Source: Zygnema circumcarinatum SAG 698-1b (lineage: Eukaryota > Plantae > Zygnematophyceae). Taken from it: a stretch of DNA of 64,000 nt. Of this stretch, positions 12,538 to 23,900 are shown piece after piece. Below the pieces are notes generated by a model, which saw nothing but the letters and a program-made list of their open reading frames with translations, had not been told where the DNA came from and ran no database searches. Both the position numbers and the translations under genes were made by a program. The DNA lies in NCBI GenBank assembly GCA_037447605.1, contig CM074806.1:3534001-3598000 (forward strand), written 5' to 3'. Each line of letters starts with the position of its first letter. The stretch's first letter is position 1.

Positions 12538-12907
12538 CTTCAAGGAGGGTAAAGCTGACGGAAAATTGAGGGCAGGCCTGTGGGAGTGAAGAGAGGCCAC
12601 AAGGGTCAGCGTTGAGGGCGAAAAGGCTCCTGGCTGAAGCTTCATGTAACAGTTTAGTTCTTAATAAACTGAATGGAGTGAGAGGCTGAGGGTTATATAG
12701 CACACTGCGTCTAGGAGGAGAGGTTGCCACGCAGGTAGTTTGTCACGGCTGCCTGGCGGTTGCGCGCAGAGAGAGTGGGAATGAGGATAGGGATTGGTAG
12801 TGAGTTCATTTTTTATTCTTTGGTGGGTCTGCACCTTGTACATTAAGCACGCATCACCTTGGAAACATGACATGTTCAGCTCCACATTTGTTTACATGTG
12901 GTCATGC

Positions 12908-12990
12908 ATGATGATGAAGATGACAATGACGATGGCGGTGATGATAATGACAATGATGATAACGACGATGTTGATGATGATGCTGACGAA
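12908..12990. repeat. Degenerate (GAT/ATG)n trinucleotide tract
   Basis: atgatgatgaagatgacaatgacgatg... visible. Confidence 0.75.
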
Positions 12991-13577
12991 TAACAGACCC
13001 ACATTTCCAAAATCTACTAACAGGCTGCTTCACAATGTTCTGCCGTACTGACACCAGCATCATTTTCCCAATCACTTCAACGGTTCCCCCTTGCCCATTC
13101 ACATTCCTGCACCAACCACCATCGGGACGAATAGTGGAGCAGGAAGTTCCAAGCAGCGGCAGCCAAGCCTTCAATAACCCCTGCAGAGTCGTGCCCCAGC
13201 GCTCTTCGAACTAGTAGTAGTGACACAAGTTGCACCTATTACAGAAATGTTGTTGCAATTTCACAGTTCCATGAGCCAAGCGGGCTTTCGCTGCTAAGTA
13301 TCATCGACATTGGTGCATAGGCCTAATATTGAAAAATATTTTGTTCGACGTCAAAAAAAGAATAATGTACCGTCTGTTTTACAATAACAAAAGGCAGCAC
13401 ACCTGCTCCTCCTGATTAGGCTGCTGGAGGCAACCTTCAAGTGGCATGAATACCTCTAGAAGGCCCAACATCTACTTAAAGAATACGAGTGCCAGAGCCA
13501 TGAAATGGATTACATTACTGATGTATCATCACCCAGCGGATGAAGAGAGAGTCGCAGGCACAGAAACTGGCGTTGAT

Positions 13578-16131
13578 TCACTTTCGGAGGCTTTCCATGA
13601 TAGACTGTCCATAAAGGTCCCTGCATCAAGCCACAGAACGAGCATACTTCATTTAGGAGAAAGAAAGTTTTCGTGTTTCTGTTGTAGATGAAACGAACAT
13701 TCTACTCTGGCTTGAATTTTTCAGCTTCATACACCGACCGGATTGACCAACCGACCGACCAGTCGGTTGGTTGGACCGTTCCAACCAACAGACCCAAACA
13801 GTTTCAGACAATTCTGTTATAGACGTGCCAGTGCCGCTAGTCCCGAATTACAGGCCGCTGCTGTTCAATAATGTGGCAGGAACAGACACCTACAAGTGCG
13901 AATCTAAAAGTTTGATTAGCTCACATTGCATGGGCGACGGCCTTTAAAGCATCCTCAGCTCCCAAGAAGTCTTGAACTGCAACCTCCTTGTTCTCATTCT
14001 TTTTGTAGTCCTCGAAAAATCGACGAATCTCAGCAAGCCGATGGGGTGGGAGTTGCTTTATGTCTTCAAAGTCACGAAACTCAGGATCATCTGCGCAGAC
14101 AGCTATGATCTTATCGTCCTTTTCACCCTGCACAGGACGACTTCTCATAATGTTCATGTAAAAAATAGTGGCATCGAAACTGACAAGCGCCTGCATATCC
14201 AACGACCAGCTGCAGCTTCTCTCTGCGTGCATGTTGACCCACACTAAATGCCTTTTAAGGAACATATACGAGAGCCGAAAGTAGAAACCTAAGCTTCTCT
14301 TCCATCGGTATATTGCGATGAAGGTTTACCCCATATCTTGAAAATGACTGCGAAACCTGCCACAACTGCGTATTGACCCTGGGCCACAGCACACAACTTC
14401 CTTTACTCCACATAGACTCAAATAATTACTCAACCTCGCCAATTCAGAAGGGTCGAAAGATGTAAAATAGAATCTTGCCTGGTCAATCATGGGCATTAAA
14501 CCGATCGCCTTCGCCCTCAGAAAGCACCCTGGCACTACAGGCTCCTGTAATACAGAACAGATTATTTTTTAATGCGTTGCTCAAGATGACGACGTGCAAC
14601 ACTCCGGAGAGAAAGAGTACTAAATCATGTTCACGGCCTCATGACGCGGAGTGGCAGGCAAGCAGCAATGATGCGAAGATACTTAGAACCAAGGACAATG
14701 CAATATGACAGCCAACAATTTCATTGAGAGATAATGTCCATTGTTCCTCAGTGGATTCTCCTATAAGATAACTGAGATGATATGTTATCACAAAACCAGC
14801 ACACTAGCGTGGAAGCTCCATCAAGAGCACGAGTCTGCAAGGTTAAAGTCGAGAGCACGTATAACCTGCATGAGAACGAGGACGTCCAAGGGGTCATTGT
14901 CTTCTCCCAACGTTCGTGGATAAAATCCGTAATTGTGAGGATAGACAACAGATGAATATAGAACACGATCGACCTGCACAGTGGAAATTATCAGAGACGA
15001 TCAATGATAAACATAAGTTTCAGAGTGAACTCTACAGAAAGCTGCTCGGTTTTTACAATTGAACAAATTCTCTAAGCATTCAGTCCATATGCCCTCCAAT
15101 GCCTCCCCAAGGGAAGGAAGGAAAAAATGGAAAAGCGCAAAGAAAGTTAGGAAACTTGGCTTGGACACATTCGCTCTGTGTGGCAGAAAACTGCACAAAA
15201 GTGCAGTATGAACATGCTAGCAAACGGAAACATCTAAGAAATGAAGCGCACCTTAATCAAACCGCTTGTCTTATCAAGTTCGTACTTAACTTTGCTTCCT
15301 TTCCCGATTTCAATGACCTGCACGTTGATAACAATAGCAAAGTTGTCAGCTTGCGATGACTTTAACCTCAAGTGCACCTTCTTTAAGCGTTCAAGATAAG
15401 ACTTCTCAACCCAAATATATAACAGCCACACAGGCGGCAGCAACCGGAAGAGTTCAAATAATCTTTTAAGATTTCTGTAAGAAACAGCTTTTCATCTAAT
15501 ATTAACGGTAGAAGCTAGCTGCAAGATTATGCAACTCTATCCTACCCGAAGCCAACGTATGAAATCTTGATGACAGCAATTCTCAAGAAAATGCAAACTC
15601 GCAGAGAAATTCACTCACAACGTTGCAAATGAGAGGTGCTTTAGGCCCTGCATAGTACAGAACAGAACGAAACACGGGTGAGTGCTGGATAACAAGCCTT
15701 TAGAAAGAGCGAGCTTGTCAGCAGTTGCCGACATTCCAAAAAAGAGAATAGATGTAGTTAAAGAAATTCTGTCATCTGATATCGTGACCTTATGGAAGAA
15801 AATTTACGTCCTTTTCTTAAAAAAGTTAAACCAGTTAAATCCTGAAGAAAACAGAGAATTCGTTTCTGCAACAACTTTCCTAGCAGAAACAACTTCAATG
15901 TAACTCGTTCCAGGTCTGCATGCATTATTTCATTCCGTTTCATTGACAAGACCTGTTAACACAATCACTTGAAGCCATAAAAGACTGCAGCCCTTAAAGC
16001 TGAGAAAATCAAGAAGGCAAGAACGCCAAATGCATTGTTCAAACAAAAATCTTCCCCTACTAAAGCAGCAGCATAGCAGCATCCTCACCCAATTCCAGGT
16101 CATGCCAGGGATGGGCGGATCTGCGAGACAT
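13578..16131 (-). CDS. PPa: Soluble inorganic pyrophosphatase (family I, plant cytosolic type)
   Basis: Exons encode [125 protein letters not shown] and last exon [13 protein letters not shown]-stop (13578-13620). Start codon uncertain; an upstream exon is possible. Confidence 0.95.
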
Positions 16132-17590
16132 GGCTGCTGCAGAGCAAGCTTTGATCAAGGCCGCCAAGTAGCCTTCACAAGACTGTACACAGTAGGGAAG
16201 GGGGTTTCAAATTAGGCATGTGTTTGTAATCCGAATTTGCATGATACGGATTACTGCCGTAATGATAGTGTCCAATATCAGAATACGTACCTTGCAATTT
16301 CGATATCCAATACCCTGCTGTCTGAAACCCTCTTTTTAGTGCCAGTCGGATAGTATTTCTATGCGTTGCAGTCGCAGTTCCTGTGAAACAGCACGGAGCA
16401 ACCCACCATATGCCACCCCCTGCGAGAAGCGACAAACTGAGCACGGTTCGTGCAAATCAAATATCTTTTGGCCTCTCGATTGGGTACACGTGGCACTCTC
16501 CTACTGGAGATGACCACCGACCAATGTCGGTCAGCGAGCCACACCTTGACACGTATTCACGGCCGAACTGTCCCTGCATGGTACAAAATCGTGACTTTCC
16601 CAGATAATTTCGCACTGTGTGAAAGCACAACTTCAGGAATGAGCATTGTGCCGTTGTTAGCCTCACTTTTGTCTCCTCTCGCCTGTGTTCAAGCAAGCAA
16701 CCAACCAACCAACCAACCAATCAACCAACAAACGGTCCCCTCGTCCTCGGCCCGCTCACGTTGGGCGCCCACTAAGACAGTCCGTACGGCACCGTACCAT
16801 TCGTAGGAGGCAACTCATGTCGAGCCGGTCGGCATGCCGTACCGTACTAACGAATAGTACGATTTGCGGCCCTGGAAGTCAACGACGGAAGTCTGCCCGT
16901 TCCGCTGACTGATTTTCGTACAGTTCCCCCCGACGGGCAGTTACATTACCAGACAAGAATGTACGATAGTGCCGTACGCGTCACGTCAGGACGACAATTG
17001 CTTCGTCCACTATGACGTCACTATTTATCTCATCTATGACGCGTCAGCAGGACGACAGACGGACCACCGGTCTCGCGGAGGTCAGCCAATCACAGGACGT
17101 CGCCAGCTGTCCCATGGGCGGGTCCGCATATCCAGATGTACGAAAATCAACCGTTCGTACACCAGCCAGCAGACCGGACGGGCGGCATTGGTTGCATGCG
17201 GAGCTGGCAATGAAAGTGCGTCCGGAGAGCAGCCGGCGGGGCCAGGGCGGTCACACGTGCGAGTGCCAGTGCACCTGGGCAACTTGGAACCAATGTGAAC
17301 TGGGACCGATGACCGTTTGACCCTTAACAAAGGGTTTAGGATTATGGTCAGGGGAAAAGAAAACGAGGAAGGCTCTGAACAGAAGCCAAAACAGTCGTTC
17401 AAAATCTAATCGCTGGAAAAGTAGGACGTTCCAAGTTAAACAAAAACACATTTCATGAGGTTGTGGTTTCCAAAACAAGTATTGGCATGCCGGGTTTCTC
17501 CCAAACGCAGGGATGTTGACGCCATCACACACAGGCATTCAATGCCGAACTGTATCCAAGTAGTCACGTACACTGTTTGACCCTCCAGCT

Positions 17591-17591
<1 letters not shown>

Positions 17592-17617
<26 letters not shown>
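17592..17617. repeat. (GTCA)6 microsatellite
   Basis: gtcagtcagtcagtcagtcagtcagt just past the YqgF stop. Confidence 0.9.
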
Positions 17618-17622
<5 letters not shown>

Positions 17623-17636
17623 GGCTAACCACATCC

Positions 17637-20349
17637 CTACATGCCGCCATCCTCGTCCACGCAGTCCGCCTCCTCGGCGGCCGCAGGGAGGGGAGGAGCC
17701 GCCTCGCGGAGGCGCTGCCTTAGGCGGGGCTCGCCCGGCAGCACCAGCTGGGCGCCCCGTCCCTCGGACTCGTAGTAGGAATAGAGTAAATCCTGAACAC
17801 ATCAAACATGCCTGCGCTCATGTTCAACGCAACCACAAAGACCCTCGTGCCGTCTGTCGTGCTCATGGTAGCGATTGCACAAGAACTCAACATCCTAAGT
17901 GGTAAAACCTCCAATTTAACCTAACATACCCTCAATTTGGCAGCTTGAACAAAGCACCCTTTTTGACCCAAGTCTGGCAGGAGTGGCACAAACATCCTAT
18001 CAGGGCAGTGTTCCAGCCGTAACCTGGCAGGTGACTTACCATAGCCGCATAAGCATCCGACTTTTGCTGTCTGGCCCTCTTGTTGACTCCCCTGCAGGAC
18101 CCACCCTTCAGACATTGAGTTCTATTGCTCAAGACTGTGTATTTACTTAAAATCAGTGTACAATCAAGGGAGCAAAGATGAAGCGATTGGCTCACAGAAA
18201 AAGCATGTGCGTCAGCGCATTCTTGGACGTGTTGAATTCGTCAAACAAGTAAACTCGCCATCCCCTGCATCCGACAACCATACGGCAGGGAAAGTTTAAA
18301 CAGACTTTCAATTTTACCAGCTCAACTGCACAACATAGGAGTAAATCCGGCTACCATTAAGGACGTAGCATAGAGAAAGGGGGTAACCGGAGTTAAGTCA
18401 ACGAGTTTACAAGGCTACATAATGGATGGATGGAGTGGGTCGATGAATCGTATCGACTCACTTTTCAGCAGCCACATTCGATAAGTGCTTTGCATACTGC
18501 ACAGTCTTGTATGACTGCTGATTTTCTGAATAATCCCATGACCTTGGCAAACCCACAATGATCTCGTCAACTCCCTGCAACGCCAAGACGTTCAAATTTA
18601 GAGAGGGGTCGTCCTTTATTATCTGGCCCTTTCTGAGTAAAGTTCACTTCAAGTTTAATTTGAGAAAGATAGAAAACAAAGGGAAGCGGAATGAGGGAAA
18701 GTGGAAGAAAGGTACTCTCTTGGGAACAAGTGCTTCGCAACAGAAGACAGTCAAAGGAGGGAGAGAGGGGGTAGAGAGAGAGGACTGAGAGAGAGAAAGG
18801 TACCGACATGTTACACTTGGCAAAGGTATTGTCAAGCATCTGAAGAAAATAATACCTGGTCTTCAGCGTGTTCCATAATGGCGTTTGTCAGCTTTCTGCC
18901 TGACTTTTCCAACACCTGCCACCAATTCCAGTGCAACGAATGCCGTTATCACAAGCACTGGATAGATAAACGTCGTAGCAACGTATGAGGTAATTGTTGA
19001 AATTCAGGATCAGGACAACATGGTTAACAGACCAATAATTGTTGAATTGGCTTAGCCTGGCACCTATATCTCGTCATTGCTTGACAAGGGCCAAGCACGA
19101 GAGGGTTCAAAAAGGTAGAATGATGCAATGAGGGCAGAAAGAGAGTCAGACCAAGACCATGCAGAGTGAAACTTATGGATGGTCAACGACTAGGAGGGTC
19201 AACGATTAGGAAGGTCAACGATTATCGTCCGGAGCATGACGGACTTGAAACCAGCTATGACGGAACAAGGATGCTTCAATCTTGCAATTGCTAGTGGGAT
19301 GGCTGATTACACAGCCATGTTTATAATTACAGATTTATTTGTTGGAGGCAAGACGTCCGAGGTCAAAATATAAAAATCGAACAGGATAGAGACTGAAGTT
19401 TAACAGTCAATGTTTGTGCAAACGATCAACTTGCTAAATTTCCAGAACCCCCTTGCTAAAATTCCAGACCTCCCTTGAAGTGCTCATGTTTCTCCTCAAC
19501 GCCAATTTTACATTTTTCCTATGAAGCGGCTAGCCTCACAGTGATAGGCCATGGCGCAAAGCCCTTGAAGGTGGCAGCAAGTCCCGTCCTCCTATCGCCC
19601 AAGTCCACGCCAAGCGATCGACCAACTGACCTCCCTGCACATCCGGTGACAAGCGACGCATTTGATGGCAAATCAAAGCCATCCGGAATCCTGGGAATAA
19701 ACGCTGGTCGATATCCTTGCCGTTGCCGCTCCATCCTTTTCGTTTCTACTCTAGGTTGAGATGATTCTTTGAAGTTGGGAGTGGTCTCCAGGGCCTCCAG
19801 AGTTCCATGTGGGTCCCTATCGCCTTCCAGAAGGTCGGACGATCCTGAACCTTCGTCTCTTAACGCCTCAATTTCTTGAGACATTTCCGATGCTCCCATG
19901 CCCTCGGGTAGCCTTCTCTCGGCGACTCCAGAAATGCATGCCCCATTGCCAGTTTCAAGTACCTCAGCAGGTATTGCAGCTCTTGTGCTAACGTCGAAGC
20001 GTGGTTCAGGATGGGCACCATTCTCAGCCTGACCCTCCCTCTCATGTTCCGTTGAAGCAAGGCCATGCGCATCGCTCTCCACATCCCTCCGAATTTCCGG
20101 CATTTGCGGCCTTCTGGCATACCCTACCGGTCCCGCAACGCATCCCCTTTCTGCGCCCTCCCACCCTTGACGATTCCTCCATCCTCCTGCCCTTAAACTA
20201 GCGCAGCCCCTCCAGCAAGCAACATGTGACGTCATCTTGACGTCGCCCGCAGCAGCAGCAGCAGAGACGACGCCACTTGAGCTCAGCACCTCCATGGCAG
20301 TGCGCAGCGCCACCCAATCACCCGCCGCCATGGCTCCCCCGCCCTGCAA
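17637..20349 (-). CDS. yqgF: YqgF/RuvX-family RNase H-fold nuclease (putative pre-16S rRNA nuclease), probably organelle-targeted
   Basis: Exons give SLGVDLGDRRTGLAATFKGFAPWPIT, VLEKSGRKLTNAIMEHAEDQ, GVDEIIVGLPRSWD, GWRVYLFDEFNTS, KSDAYAAM and DLLYSYYESEGRGAQLVLPG..stop (17637-17792). The G-x-D-x-G, VGLP, DE and DAYAA motifs of YqgF are all present. Confidence 0.9.
19181..19224. repeat. 16-bp tandem repeat GGTCAACGA(C/T)TAGGA(G/A), about 2.7 copies, intronic
   Basis: Units start at 19181, 19197 and 19213. Confidence 0.85.
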
Positions 20350-20993
20350 ACCCTAAAAAGCGCACTCTCATCGCTCCCTGCGCCTTTAGTCCGCCTCCCC
20401 ACCTTCCAGGCACCTCGCCAATCAGGTTTGCAGGTTTTCACACGTGGCAGTCCATGCTTGGTCATTCTATCAGCCAATCATATTCGTAGATTGTACCACG
20501 TGGCAACCTCTGACTGGTCCGTACGGCACCTTTTGAATGCCCTCCCGGGTTCGTTCCAAGAGGGCGCCAGGTGGCGCCTCCCCGTCAGCGCCCGCCGTTA
20601 GCGGTCCCTCCCGTAGGCCCCCTCCTCCCGTCGTCGGGCGACGCCTTCCGGCCCTCCCATTGGTCCTATGACTTAGTAGGGCCATACCATTGGTCTTGCG
20701 ACGTCGTACAGTATGGCCCTCCCATTGGTCCTTTGACGCCGTACGGTACGGCCTCACGCGGGACTGCGACCGCCCCCGCCGCCCATTCTCGTAACATGGC
20801 CCCGTCACGTGACGTCGCGTCACATCACGTCACAGGTCCAAGTCTCCGGGAAGCTTGGCGCGTAGCGGGAAGGGGAGGGAGCCATCTACCAGGGCGCTCA
20901 CCCTCCCTGCCTCCCTCCCTGCCGGCCTGCCTGCCTGCTTGCCTGCTGACGAGGGAGAGGGAGAGGGAGGGGCGCGCCTCCCTCCTGCAAAGC
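20350..20993. promoter_or_regulatory. Bidirectional GC-rich promoter between YqgF (-) and the RRM gene (+)
   Basis: Starts are head to head about 640 bp apart. Two GCCAATCA boxes, CCGTACGG at about 20519 and 20739, and GTCACGTGACGTC near 20804. Confidence 0.55.
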
Positions 20994-23900
20994 ATGGTGG
21001 CGGTCCTGGCGGGGAAGTCCACGGACCTCTGCTCGTTAGGGAAAAGCAAAGGATCGGGAGGGGGCAGCTCGGTGGGTTCCGGGGGGACGAGGGCGGGGAG
21101 CGGAGGGAGGAAGGTTGGGGGGGAGGGGGAGGGAGAGGGGGAGGGAGAGGGGGAGAAGGAGGGGGAGGGGGAGGAGGTGAAGGGGAAGGGGTGGAACGCG
21201 GAGGTGGAAGAAGATGATCGCAAGTCAGGGGATTTGACAACGAGCTTGGACGGTATGAGTGGTTACAGCTGTATGCTGAAAGGTTCAAGTTTGGAACAAG
21301 TGAGTGGAATTCAGGCTTGGGGAGAAGGTGGAAGTGTTGGAGAGAATGTGGTGCGTAGTGCGTTGATTGATCTAGCTGAGACTAGCAATTCGGGAGGTGA
21401 AAAGTCACTCATGTGGGAGACGGCAACAGGCAAGCAGGCAGATAGGCAGACGCTGTGCGATGCGTTGCCAGAAGGAATGCCGCTTAGAGAAGAGGAGGTG
21501 GAAAATGCGTGTTGTTCATCCGAAAGTCTGGATCATTGGCAACAGACGGCTCCAGCAGTTACGAACGGTGGAGGAGATATAGAAAATGTTCATCATATTT
21601 CATCACGCGCCAGCATCTGTCGAGAATTGAAGGAACGCAGTGAGAATGAAGGAACACCAGAGGAACTAACAGAATGTGGTGATGTCGTGCGAGCGCCGAA
21701 TGGTAGCCAATATAAGCAAGGAATGACGCTTGATTTTTCATTAACGGAGCAGCGGACCACCGTGTTCGAGAAATTGGCTGCCAGTGCCGAAGATGAAGAT
21801 TTGGACGCTGAAGTGCAGATTAATGATGAGATTACAAAGAGAGAGAACAGCGTTGAAGTACAATTGAAACATGGTGCAATTGACAGTAAGTTTGAAGCAA
21901 ATGCAGCACCGGCGTCAAGTGTGGCAGCGGCTGCTGCTGTTGTGGAAGAAGATCAAGGCTTCAGATCGAGTGAAAAAGGGACAATGAATGGTGCCGGAGA
22001 TGAATCTCGTAACCGAGATCGTTCCAACTACGAGAGTGTGAAGGTACACCCTTATGCCTCTGGTTATGTCGGCTACCAGGTTCCGATTCCCCAGGTTACT
22101 GCCCTGGACAACTTTAAAGAACAAACAACTCCTGCATTTGATGATAGGAATAGTGTGACGTCCATTTGTCAAAAAGTTATATCAATGGTCTACGGATGAG
22201 TCTACGTGAGCTGCGCTTGTCCAGTACAAATCAAACATAAATCATACGTTATGGTTCTTCCAAGGAGAGGTTTTATAGATGATGTTCGTAATGTCTTAAG
22301 GAGCAGGCAGGCTTGCCGCATGGGTGATCATTTGCCGTGGTTTGATGTTTCGACCAATCATGCGATGTTTCTGTGTAGTTGAAGCCAGTCACGCTTGAGT
22401 TTTTTATGATCAGGAAACCTTGAGTCCGCTGTAGGTCTGCTCTTGTTAGACAAGGATTGCGGGACTGCAAGGGTTGGAGGAGTGGGTTACATGAGAAGTA
22501 TGGCAGTGTTGAGATTGAAGTCATATGAATACAAGAGACCAGCTGGGCTTAGCTGGGCTTCAGTGGGTAGAATTTTAGTGTTGTTGTTTTGTAAACCTGT
22601 TCCTATTTTACTTAGGGGACGTAGGCTTGATCCTTGGTCAATGTTGCCCCAAGTCCCAACATATAAGTCTATAGTTTTCTATGGCTTAGGAGCTTTTGGT
22701 GCCGATTGAAACAGACTATTTCCCTTAAGATATGTTTGTTAAATTCTACATGCTCGGGAAATGAGCCTTTTCCCATCTTAAAACTGCTCTCGTGGGTTGG
22801 GCTGGGCTTCTATTTTTTACTGATCAACGACTGGGACTGTGTGTGACGTCTGGGCTAAACAGCGAGAGGAAGGTAAGCCTTCAAATGTTCTCTTCATTGG
22901 AGTCAGCTTGCAACATCAATGGGGCCGCTCTCGTTGAACTTAATGTAGGGAGGTATCCTGCAATCCTTCACATGGACAAGAATAAGCCATTTCGGCATTT
23001 GATTGGAATGTGAATTTGTCTCCAGGCGCTGGAGGGGAGGCGCAGAGGCCCGTGGGTGATCTATGTATCCGGGGCTTAGCGTGGTGCACGACGGAAGACA
23101 GCCTTCGGACATACTTTTCTCAGTTTGGAGAGGTTTGACTTCACTTTCTCATCAAAATAAAAGAGTATTCTAAGATGTTTGAATACTTTTTGACTTCATC
23201 CCTGCCTTTGCTTTCCAGCAGATTGTTGTTCATTTCGAATTGTGAGTTAGTTAGAGCTTTGAGCTTAGTTTTGCAATCAGGCACAATATGCTTGTTCTTT
23301 GGCTGACTGGTAATTGAAATGAGGCTTCCTCTGGAGATCATAAGGATTCAACAACGTAAAATGTGCAGGTTAGCCTGTGTGCTGTCAAGACTGGATCTGA
23401 CGGGAGATCCAAAGGTTACGGTTTTGTGAATTTCAAGTAAGAACTAGTGGATTCTCCTCTCTTGTTGATCCTTGACCAGAGGTCGACTTTGGTAATTCAA
23501 TCATTTTGGGAAAACATGTTTCTGGCCAATTGAGCAACAAATTAGAACAGTAACCAAATCAAATGGACTTGAAAATTGTACACAAGTTGGGAGTCTTGTG
23601 AACTGACAAAGTCTCCTTGACTTTTCGATTGGGTGTTGCAGAGACGTAACTTCCGTTGACCGAGTCCTTCAGCAAACGCACGTGATCGATAATCGTCAGG
23701 TATGCACCAATTCTGCGTAATGAAATAAACATCTTAATTGTAGAAGTGTGTTTTTTGTTCATTGTTTGTGCTCCTTGAGACTCACTTCAACCTGCTGACT
23801 TGCAGGTTGAAGTGAGACCTCCCCGCGAAAGGCAAGAGCAGACAGGCCCAATCGCAAGAGAAAGACCCCCTCTCCCGCAACCCCTCAGCCGCTCTCAATC

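Noticed and set aside
12794-13174. Met-rich, His-rich and Asp-rich ORFs
   Set aside because: Products of a GAT/ATG simple repeat with no splice context or homology.
20571-20993. N-terminal part of the 542-aa ORF 20571-22199
   Set aside because: Starts at a non-ATG codon inside promoter-like DNA; ATG 20994, after a GA-rich leader, fits better.
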